Positions 8,892 through 16,578 of a stretch of DNA of 32,000 bases are shown in pieces. Under the pieces are notes generated by a model. It had not been told where the DNA came from. It worked only from the letters and a program-made list of their open reading frames with translations, and searched no databases. The stretch's first letter is position 1; each line of letters opens with the position of its first letter. The stretch lies in the NCBI GenBank assembly GCA_965223155.1, contig CBDCVR010000014.1, positions 4,575 through 36,574 of the forward strand, written 5' to 3'. The DNA is from Candidatus Multivoradales bacterium (GTDB taxonomy: Bacteria > Acidobacteriota > Thermoanaerobaculia > Multivoradales > JAHEKO01). A program made the position numbers and the translations under genes.

Positions 8892-10346
8892 TTACGGCAA
8901 TGTTGCCGCCGGCGGGGGTACGACGTTGGTGAGGTCGAACAGCCAGACCGCATCGCCAAAGCCCTCGGGCACGTTCGCCAGGTTGGTGCTATCCGGATGT
9001 TGCACCGCCAGGGCGAACTCATTCGGTTTGGCGGGATTGAAGATCATGCCGGTCGATTCGGCGCCATCCGCTTGCAGGCTCATAAAGTGATCGAGAGACT
9101 CGGCCACCCCGTCATTATCGACGTCGCGGACAAACCAGATGTCGCCGCCGACATCCGAACTGTTCGGGGCATCCTCGATAATATAGATGTTGCCATTGGC
9201 CTGCAGGGCGAGGTTGTCAGGGGAGTTGAGGACGCCGGTGGTGCTGGGGAAGCCCAGGTTCTTCGGCGTATCGGCGTTGGCCAAGATGCCTACGATGGCT
9301 TTTTGCCGATTGATGATCTCGACGGAGTAAATGGTATTTTCGGAGGTCATCGCAATGTAGAGGACTTCATGGCCATTAGCCAATCTGCTGACGACCATAT
9401 CCTCTGGGCGGCCATACGGCGTGCCGCCCATTTCGTCGGCGGAGACCCGCCCGCCGCGCGTGTCATCATTGACACGTGGATCGTTGGTCGGACCATTGCG
9501 GTGCGGATCCGTAGGCGTCCGCGACCGGCCCGATCGCCACGTGATCCGCTTCCAAGTTGCGGGGCCCGTGCGAATCGCATTTTCATTCGACGGATCGTTC
9601 CAGAGGTCCGCTGGCTCACCGTCAAAGGCGTCGACGCTCAGCACAAACGTCACCCCCTCTGTGTAGTCGCCAGCCTTGTTCATGACAAATTTGTAGATCG
9701 AGCCTGAGTTCCACTCGTCAATGTAATAAATGGCCCGCGGATCCCGCTTGCTGAAGTTGATGCCTTCATGCGCCACATTGGCGATGCTATCCAATTCCCG
9801 AATTTCAATATCAGCAGGGTCAGCCATCGGATTCATCACTTCGATAATCCGGCCTTCCGCCGTCCATTCTTCACCCAAGAAGAGCGTGCCGTTGGGAGTG
9901 AAGCGCGCCGGGTCGAAGGCGCCGTAGTCGTTGGACCAGTCCCCCACAGCGCCGTTTTCGTCGCCTTTAAAGAGCATCACGGTGGTGCGATTGGCGATAT
10001 CGTGCCGCGAGGCGCCCGCGCCAAATGGGGTTTCATGCGGGATGAATAAGTAGTTGCCGGTGGGATCATAGGCGAGCATATCAAACATCGACGATGAGTT
10101 GCCCGCATCCACCCGGAGAATGGATTGGCTGGCGTCAGCCTCAACTTCCGCTAAACTGAGCAAGTTTTCCTGGGTCAATCCAGGGGGCGTTTGCCAGGGC
10201 GAGTGGAGTTCGTTGATGTGGTTGGGCGACGCAACCGCGGATGATTGCGTCAAGGGGTTGAAAAAGATGTCCGTTCCGGCCATGGCGGCCGGCGCGCAAG
10301 CGAGCGCGATTGCGGCGGCTAAGCCGCCAAGCATAGACGTACGCAT
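8892..10346 (-). CDS. Secreted PhoX/DUF839-like beta-propeller protein (putative phosphatase)
   Basis: The 484-aa protein has the Sec-type signal MRTSMLGGLAAAIALACAPAAMA. PhoX/DUF839-like segments are present: FIPHETP, GTPYGRPEDM, LNSPDNLALQANGNIYIIEDAPNS and IWFVRDVDNDG. AAGGA lies 8 nt upstream of the ATG. Confidence 0.55.
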   Translation of the reverse strand: MRTSMLGGLAAAIALACAPAAMAGTDIFFNPLTQSSAVASPNHINELHSPWQTPPGLTQENLLSLAEVEADASQSILRVDAGNSSSMFDMLAYDPTGNYLFIPHETPFGAGASRHDIANRTTVMLFKGDENGAVGDWSNDYGAFDPARFTPNGTLFLGEEWTAEGRIIEVMNPMADPADIEIRELDSIANVAHEGINFSKRDPRAIYYIDEWNSGSIYKFVMNKAGDYTEGVTFVLSVDAFDGEPADLWNDPSNENAIRTGPATWKRITWRSGRSRTPTDPHRNGPTNDPRVNDDTRGGRVSADEMGGTPYGRPEDMVVSRLANGHEVLYIAMTSENTIYSVEIINRQKAIVGILANADTPKNLGFPSTTGVLNSPDNLALQANGNIYIIEDAPNSSDVGGDIWFVRDVDNDGVAESLDHFMSLQADGAESTGMIFNPAKPNEFALAVQHPDSTNLANVPEGFGDAVWLFDLTNVVPPPAATLP

Positions 10347-10399
10347 ACTGGGAGTCCTTCATACCACGTAACCATGGGAGCCATATCCTCGGAAGGATG

Positions 10400-10705
10400 T
10401 TCAAAAGGGATGAGAGACTCTAAAAAATATTAATTAAGAATATGTCAAGAAATAAATAGAACAATATGAATAAAACGTTAATATTAAGTGAAGTTAAGAT
10501 ACCATATAGAGCTGGTTAGCATTGTATTAACACAAGACAATATGAGACTTGTTTCCAGTATAGAGTATGGATGATTTACAAAAGGGTTAGGGCTTTGATA
10601 CGGCGGATTTGATAGACGCCAAGGCGCTTCTAACACATTATTCTCCCTCCTCTTAACCTTACTGATCAAATCTTCACGAATTTATAACCGAAAAAAAACA
10701 TCGCT
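10400..10705. other. AT-rich divergent intergenic/control region
   Basis: G+C drops sharply relative to the flanks; for example, 10421-10480 contains only 9 G/C out of 60 nt. The region lies between the minus-strand PhoX-like gene (start 10346) and the plus-strand GT4 gene (start 10774). It contains TTAAG direct repeats at 10484 and 10494, a 10-nt period. Confidence 0.8.
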
Positions 10706-10773
10706 ATCGTACCATCTCATCAGGCGAAGACGGTTACCTGCCATCGCATAAGCGGAATAGAAGTCAAGCCCTG

Positions 10774-11988
10774 ATGCACACATTATCCTCGATTGGACCT
10801 CAGCATAGCGAGGCGCTGCGGCGGCATTTCTGCATGGTCACCGAAACCTATGCGCCTGAAATCAATGGCGTAGCCTTGACGCTTGAGCGCCTGGCGACCG
10901 GTTTGATGGCGCGCGGACATGGCGTTTCCGTCGTCTGCCCGCGGCAACCGCAGATCGATCGCCCCAACACCGGCGGCAGCCCGCTGTTCACTCTGACGCG
11001 CGGTTTGCCGCTGCCGGGTTATCAGGGACTGCGCTTTGGCCTCCCGGCCGGGAAATTGCTGCGGAGCCAGTGGCGGCGGCGCCGTCCCGATGTGGTGTAT
11101 GTGGCGACGGAGGGACCACTGGGTTGGTCGGCGATGCAAACGGCGCGGCGGCTGCGCATTCCGGTCATCAGCGGCTTTCACACCAATTTCGATCGGTACG
11201 TCCAATACTATGGCGCGGGCTGTTTGCAAGGCATGATCGCCCGCTATCTGCGCGCCTTTCACAACCGCACCCTGCGCACCCTGACGCCGAGCGAAGATTT
11301 GCGCCAGCGGCTGCTCGGCCTGGGCGTCAAGGAGGCGCAGGTGCTGAGCCGCGGCGTGGACTGCCAGCGGTTTGATCCAGCGCGCCGCAGCGCTGAGCTG
11401 CGCGCCCGGTGGGGCGTCGCGACCTGCGACCTCGCGGCGCTCTACGTGGGGCGCGTGGCGCCGGAGAAAAATTTACAGCTCGCCGTCGACGCCTATCGCG
11501 CCATGCAACGCCATCCGGCAGCCGCTAAGTTAGTCATCGTCGGGGATGGGCCGCTGCGCAAAGCCTTGCAAAAAGCGCATCCCGATCTCATCTACTGCGG
11601 CGTGCAAACCGGCGAGGCGCTCGCCGAGCATTACGCCTCGGCCGACATCTTTCTCTTTCCCAGCGAAACGGAGACGTTTGGCAATGTGACGTTGGAGGCC
11701 ATGGCCAGCGGGCTGGCTGTCGTGGCCTATAACTATGCTGCGGCGCGGATGCACATCACCGACGGCGAAACGGGGGTGCTGGCGCCCTATGGCGACGCCC
11801 CCGCCTTTGTCGACGCTGCGGCGCGGCTGGCTCGCGATGAGGGGCTGCGTCAACAAACGCGCCGCCAGGCGCGCGCCTATGCGATGCAGATCGATTGGCA
11901 GCGCGTCGTCGAACACTTTGAAGGGTTGCTGACTGACGTCTTACCCGGCAAGGCGGCGCATGATCCGGCTCCATCTCTCACACGGTAA
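10774..11988 (+). CDS. GT4-family (group 1) glycosyltransferase
   Basis: The 404-aa protein has the N-terminal motif MVTETYAPEINGVALTLERL. The C-terminal motif FPSETETFGNVTLEAMASGLAVVA is the E-x7-E retaining GT-B signature, and EKNL is also present. Confidence 0.85.
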   Translation: MHTLSSIGPQHSEALRRHFCMVTETYAPEINGVALTLERLATGLMARGHGVSVVCPRQPQIDRPNTGGSPLFTLTRGLPLPGYQGLRFGLPAGKLLRSQWRRRRPDVVYVATEGPLGWSAMQTARRLRIPVISGFHTNFDRYVQYYGAGCLQGMIARYLRAFHNRTLRTLTPSEDLRQRLLGLGVKEAQVLSRGVDCQRFDPARRSAELRARWGVATCDLAALYVGRVAPEKNLQLAVDAYRAMQRHPAAAKLVIVGDGPLRKALQKAHPDLIYCGVQTGEALAEHYASADIFLFPSETETFGNVTLEAMASGLAVVAYNYAAARMHITDGETGVLAPYGDAPAFVDAAARLARDEGLRQQTRRQARAYAMQIDWQRVVEHFEGLLTDVLPGKAAHDPAPSLTR

Positions 11989-12005
11989 CGCAGACAGGAG
12001 GACAT

Positions 12006-14315
12006 ATGTTCGTAGGCGAAGCTCTATCCAGATGGACGGCGTGTCTTGGCATGAACTCGGCGGCGTCTTGCGCCTGGGGCGCAGCGGATGTCTGGCTATT
12101 GCTGTTGCTGACGCTCCTGGCTGCCGTCGCGATGGCGGCCGGCCGCAGGCTCACCGTGACGCTGCTGACGATGCGGGCCGTGGCCTTCGCACCCACGCTG
12201 TCGCGGCGCCTGGCGCGATGGGTCCAATCGCACGCCTATTCCGAAGACGCCTTTTTCGCCGCTGATGGCGCGGAAGGCCCCTGGATTGTGAGGCGCCAAC
12301 AGGCCCTCGAACGCCTGGCCAACCATTTTCAGGCGCAGGGCGTCAAGTCGAGAGCCTGGGGCGACCACATTCGCGAGAGCTTCTCCGACTTGCGTTTTAC
12401 CGACGCCAACCGCGTGCCCTTCCCTTTTATGAAGGTGATGCGCGACAAATTTAGCCTGTGCTCGGTGGTGACGGCATCAGACGGACCGAAATTGCGCGAC
12501 CTCGATGACCAGTGGACCCTGGACGTCAGCGGCTCCTACGGCGTCAACGTGGCCGGTTACGACCGCTACAAGGCCTGGATGCAACGGGGCTGGGAACGCG
12601 TCAAAGCGCTAGGGCCGGTGCTGGGGCCCCTGCACCCCGTGGTGGCCGAGAACATCGACATCCTCAAATCCATCTCCAAGCTCGATGAAGTGTCCTTCCA
12701 CATGAGCGGCACCGAGGCGGTAATGGCCGCTGTGCGCCTGGCCCGTTTTAATACCCGCCGCAAGCTGGTCGTGTGCTTTTCAGGCGCCTATCACGGCTGG
12801 TGGGACGGCGTGCAACCCGGCCTGGGCAGCGAGCGGGAGATCAGCGATTGCCTGACCCTCAAGGACTTGCATCCGGCCTCGCTCGACGTCATTCGCTTGC
12901 GCGCCAAAGACATCGCCGGGGTGTTGGTCAACCCCGTGCAGTCGTTCCACCCCAATTCGCCGCCGCCCAGCGATGCGGTGCTGCTCACCAGCAACATGCG
13001 CCAAACCCAGGACGCCAATGCGCGCTATGGGCAGTGGCTCAAAGAGTTGCGCGAGGTGTGCCGGGCGTGCGACATCCCGCTGGTTTTCGACGAGGTCTAC
13101 TCCGGTTTTCGCCTTGCCCCAGGCGGCGCGCAGGCCTATTTCGGCGTGCAGGCCGACATCGTCGTATACGGCAAAACCGTGGCCGGCGGCATGCCCATCG
13201 GTGTGGTCTGCGGCAAGAAAGACCTGATGCGGCGCTTTGATCCCGAGCGCCCTATGCGCATCGCCTATGTCATTGGCACCTTTTCCGCCCACCCGCTGGT
13301 GATGGGCGCGATGAACGAATTTTTGCGCTGGGTCACACAACCGGAAGCGGCCCAGCTCTACGACGACGCCAATACGCAATGCGCAGCGTGGGCGGGCGAA
13401 ACCAATGCGCAACTAGCGGCGGCCGACGCGCCGATTCGCATCGTCAATCTGGCCACGGTGTGGACGGTGCTCTTTAAGGCGCCGAGCCGCTATAACTGGT
13501 TGCTGCAATATTACTTGCGCGCCGAAGGCGTAGCGCTGAGCTGGGTGGGAACGGGCCGCTGCCTCAGCAGTTTAGACTTTACGCCAGAGGACTATCAAGA
13601 ATTACAAGGCAAATTTTTAAATGCCGCGCAACAAATGAAACGCGACGGCTGGTGGTTGAGTGAACAGGAGCAACCAGGAAGGGAGAAGAAAATGAAGTTT
13701 CGACTGATTTGGGAAATGCTTGGAAGTTTGGCGCCAGTCCCAAAACCTTTGCACAGTTTTTACGCTGAGGTCATGCGGCGTAAGCATGATGACCATGTCG
13801 CCTCTCACAGCCATGCCCTCAACCAATTTTTACATATTGTTAGTTCAAGCGTATTTATCTATTGTTACTTCTTACTGTTCACCAACCTAACCATGGCCGT
13901 TTGCTTTAGCTTGGCCGCGTTGTTTGTGCGGCAATTTGGCCACGCCATTGTCGAGCCGCCATGCCACGACAAAGAAGAGTTTCTCCTCGGGTTTAACACG
14001 CGCAACAAAACCCTGATCGTCGCCGGCTACCTCGCCATTCCCATCATCAACATGCTTGGTGCAGAGAGCTGGACATGGGCGGCCTTTATGGGTAAACTGC
14101 CGGCCATCGCGCAACAATGGTTTGGCTTGACGGCGCTGGTGGTGTTGGGGCGGGTGCTCTATCTGATCAAGGCCTACAACTTCCGATTATCGATGGTCTG
14201 GTTTGTCAAGCTGATCACCGATCCCTTTACCGATATCGTGGCCTACTCGCCCCGCTATCTCAACGCCTATCAGCTGCTATTGCCAATGTCTTTTCGCAAG
14301 GGTGGGCATAAATGA
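12006..14315 (+). CDS. Membrane-anchored class-III aminotransferase (glutamate-1-semialdehyde aminomutase-like) fused to a C-terminal His-rich polytopic membrane domain
   Basis: The protein is 769 aa, with GGAGG just upstream of the ATG. An N-terminal TM segment reads VWLLLLLTLLAAVAMAAG. The PLP-enzyme core includes HMSGTEAVMAAVRLARFNTRRKLVVCFSGAYHGWWDG and FDEVYSGFRLAPGGAQAYFGVQADIVVYGKTVAGGMPIG, which contains the likely PLP lysine in YGK. The last roughly 170 aa hold several TM segments after the motif HDDHVASHSHALNQFLH. Confidence 0.8.
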   Translation: MFVGEALSRWTACLGMNSAASCAWGAADVWLLLLLTLLAAVAMAAGRRLTVTLLTMRAVAFAPTLSRRLARWVQSHAYSEDAFFAADGAEGPWIVRRQQALERLANHFQAQGVKSRAWGDHIRESFSDLRFTDANRVPFPFMKVMRDKFSLCSVVTASDGPKLRDLDDQWTLDVSGSYGVNVAGYDRYKAWMQRGWERVKALGPVLGPLHPVVAENIDILKSISKLDEVSFHMSGTEAVMAAVRLARFNTRRKLVVCFSGAYHGWWDGVQPGLGSEREISDCLTLKDLHPASLDVIRLRAKDIAGVLVNPVQSFHPNSPPPSDAVLLTSNMRQTQDANARYGQWLKELREVCRACDIPLVFDEVYSGFRLAPGGAQAYFGVQADIVVYGKTVAGGMPIGVVCGKKDLMRRFDPERPMRIAYVIGTFSAHPLVMGAMNEFLRWVTQPEAAQLYDDANTQCAAWAGETNAQLAAADAPIRIVNLATVWTVLFKAPSRYNWLLQYYLRAEGVALSWVGTGRCLSSLDFTPEDYQELQGKFLNAAQQMKRDGWWLSEQEQPGREKKMKFRLIWEMLGSLAPVPKPLHSFYAEVMRRKHDDHVASHSHALNQFLHIVSSSVFIYCYFLLFTNLTMAVCFSLAALFVRQFGHAIVEPPCHDKEEFLLGFNTRNKTLIVAGYLAIPIINMLGAESWTWAAFMGKLPAIAQQWFGLTALVVLGRVLYLIKAYNFRLSMVWFVKLITDPFTDIVAYSPRYLNAYQLLLPMSFRKGGHK

Positions 14316-14833
14316 GTTCTTTGAGTCTAGGCATTTCGGCGGTCCTGCTGAGTCTGGAACGGATCTGCTACGTCTGGGCCTGGCGCGCGCCCGATTCCTT
14401 TCGCAAATTTTGCGAGCATCGGGCCGTCGCCCCGTTTGGCGAGCCGACCCAGGTTCTACAGAAGCTCTTTTACGGGTTCAAAGCGATTCAGCTAACGGTG
14501 TTTTTCGGCTGGTGCTATTGGTACGGCGGCCACAGCGGCGAGGCCCTGTGGACGGCCATTGGCAGCGCTTTGATTCTCATCGGCCAGGCGCTCAATTTCT
14601 GCGTGTTTTATCGCCTGGGCCGAGTCGGCGTCTTTTACGGCGTTAAATTCGGCTACCATGTGCCCTGGTGTCGAAAATTCCCGTTTTCCCTGCTGCAACA
14701 TCCCCAATACGTCGGCGCCTTGGTCTCCATCTGGGGCTTTTTCTTGGCCATGCGCTTTCCGTATGAGGATTGGTTTATGCTGCCGACCCTCGAAACGGTG
14801 TACTACGCCGTGGCGACCCGTTTAGAGCGGTGA
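14312..14833 (+). CDS. PEMT-family (phospholipid / isoprenylcysteine-type) membrane methyltransferase
   Basis: The 173-aa polytopic protein contains FPFSLLQHPQYVGALVSIWGFF, which resembles the PEMT/ICMT-family motif. Its start overlaps the upstream stop by 4 nt (ATGA at 14312-14315). Confidence 0.65.
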   Translation: MSSLSLGISAVLLSLERICYVWAWRAPDSFRKFCEHRAVAPFGEPTQVLQKLFYGFKAIQLTVFFGWCYWYGGHSGEALWTAIGSALILIGQALNFCVFYRLGRVGVFYGVKFGYHVPWCRKFPFSLLQHPQYVGALVSIWGFFLAMRFPYEDWFMLPTLETVYYAVATRLER

Positions 14834-14834
14834 G

Positions 14835-16100
14835 CTACAGACATCCGTCTTCAGCCAACTGTTGTTGTTCCTCGGCCGACAGGCCGAGCAGCTCGCCAAA
14901 CACATAGGCGTTGTGTTGCCCCACCTGCGGGGCTGGTCCCCGGATCTGGGGCGGCGTCTCGCTGAGTTTCCAGGGGATGCTGTGCATGTATTCGACGCCG
15001 GTAAATGGGTGATCGATCTGCTCATGCGTGCGCCGCGCCTGCAGATGCGCATCCTCGCCGCGCCCCGCCACCGTGCGCAGGGGCATGGCCGCCAGACCCG
15101 CCGCCTGTAATTGCCGCGCCGCCGCCTCGACGTCTTGGGTTTGCGTCCACGCCGCAATCTCTGCTTCAAGCGCCTCGCGATGTTCTTGGCGCCCAGCCAG
15201 GGTCTCAAAACGCGGATCTTGCGCCAGTTGCGGTCGCCCCATGACGCGGCACAGCGACCGCCACTCCGCCTCCGAACGCGCCGCCAAGGCCAGCCAGACA
15301 TCATCGCCGCGGCATGGGAAATAGCCGTGCGGCGCCATCATCGGATGGGCATTGCCCTGCGGCCCCGGCGCGCGCTGGTTCATCGTGGCCTCGGCAAATC
15401 CCTCAGCCAGCAGCGTGGTGGTCGCCTCCCAGGCCGACAGGTCGATAAACTGCCCCTCGCCTGTGCGCTGCCGATGGAACAAAGCCAGCAACAGCGCGTA
15501 GACGCCGAACATGCCGGCGTTCCAGTCCGCGTAGGCAATATCGATGTGTTGGGGCTCGGCGTCGCCCTCAAAGCCGATAAGGCTGGCGAAACCGGAGAGA
15601 CCGTGCAGATTAAACGCATAGGCGCGGGTGTCGCGGTATGGTCCGTGCTGCCCGGCGACGCTAATCGACAGCATGATCAGATCCGGCCGCGCCTGCGTCA
15701 AGGCGTCATAGTGCAGATTGTACTTGGGCAGCACGTCGGGCGTAAAATTATCGACGACGATATCGCTGATCGCCGCCAGGCGGCGAATCAAGTCTGCGCC
15801 GCGCTCAGTGGTGAAATTGATCGTCACCCCAAGCTTGCCGCGGTTCACGGCGTGAAACCACGTATTGCACTCGCGCGCCTCGGTCCAGGGCTTGCCGCGC
15901 ATCGGATTGTACGGCCCCGGGCCATAACGCAGCAAATCCACCCGCTCCTGCGACTCGATTTTAATCACCTCGGCGCCGAAATCCGCCAACACGTGCCCCG
16001 GTATGGCGCCGGCCCAGGCCGTGCCGAAATCGAGCACGCGAATGCCTTTAAGCGCCCCGCTTTGTTTCAGCGCCTCCCATGACGGCGTCATCATCACCAC
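14835..16100 (-). CDS. Family III CoA-transferase (CaiB/BaiF-like)
   Basis: The 421-aa protein carries the N-terminal signature LKGIRVLDFGTAWAGAIPGHVLADFGAEVIKIES. The start may instead be the ATG at 16097, which has GGGAG 5 nt upstream. Confidence 0.85.
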   Translation of the reverse strand: MVMMTPSWEALKQSGALKGIRVLDFGTAWAGAIPGHVLADFGAEVIKIESQERVDLLRYGPGPYNPMRGKPWTEARECNTWFHAVNRGKLGVTINFTTERGADLIRRLAAISDIVVDNFTPDVLPKYNLHYDALTQARPDLIMLSISVAGQHGPYRDTRAYAFNLHGLSGFASLIGFEGDAEPQHIDIAYADWNAGMFGVYALLLALFHRQRTGEGQFIDLSAWEATTTLLAEGFAEATMNQRAPGPQGNAHPMMAPHGYFPCRGDDVWLALAARSEAEWRSLCRVMGRPQLAQDPRFETLAGRQEHREALEAEIAAWTQTQDVEAAARQLQAAGLAAMPLRTVAGRGEDAHLQARRTHEQIDHPFTGVEYMHSIPWKLSETPPQIRGPAPQVGQHNAYVFGELLGLSAEEQQQLAEDGCL

Positions 16101-16255
16101 TCCCGGCTCCTCTCACGTCCACACCGCCAAGCCCATCGCCTCCAGGTTCTCTCGCGCCTATCTCTAGCGCAGGCTCGCCGTGAAGTCAAGCCCGCGGCGA
16201 GCGCCATGTGCTCCCCATACCATCACCTCATGCAACCACCCCACACAATCAACGG

Positions 16256-16284
16256 TTGACAAGGCGGCGGTTTCCCGAGACAAT
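16256..16284 (+). promoter_or_regulatory. Sigma-70-like promoter candidate, TTGACA-17 nt-GACAAT
   Basis: The -35 hexamer TTGACA is at 16256-16261 and the -10 hexamer GACAAT at 16279-16284, with a 17-nt spacer. A transcript from here would have a leader of about 290 nt before the start at 16579. Confidence 0.3.
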
Positions 16285-16395
16285 TGGCTGCAAGTGGCTC
16301 AATCTGTTAGAGATGCATCGCGGCGCGGTCCTGTTGTCCACGATGACGCCTGATCTGGCGCCAAGGGCGAACCCGACGCCACGGCGGGTGTCTTC

Positions 16396-16439
16396 TGACA
16401 ATAACTAAACAATTTAGCGGTATACTTATCATATATGAT
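16396..16439 (+). promoter_or_regulatory. Second promoter-like element (TGACAA-19 nt-TATACT) followed by a perfect 12-bp palindrome, ATCATATATGAT
   Basis: TGACAA is at 16396-16401 and TATACT at 16421-16426. The palindrome at 16428-16439 is exactly self-complementary, so it is a candidate operator. Confidence 0.3.
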
Positions 16440-16578
16440 GGCCGTGACCCGGCAATCCATCGATCGCCAGGTCAAAACTGAAAACCTCATACCGATCATT
16501 GCCGCTTCGGGTTATTGCTTCATCATGTTACGATGATAGCATTATAAGTCAAAGTTTAGCGGCGAGGAGGTAGCCAGC

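Noticed and set aside
10484-10669. 61-aa minus-strand ORF in the AT-rich region (or a 50-codon GTG version behind AGGAGGGAG)
   Set aside because: It has no recognisable family and odd composition. It sits in a region that is more plausibly regulatory. It is mentioned only within the AT-rich-region finding.
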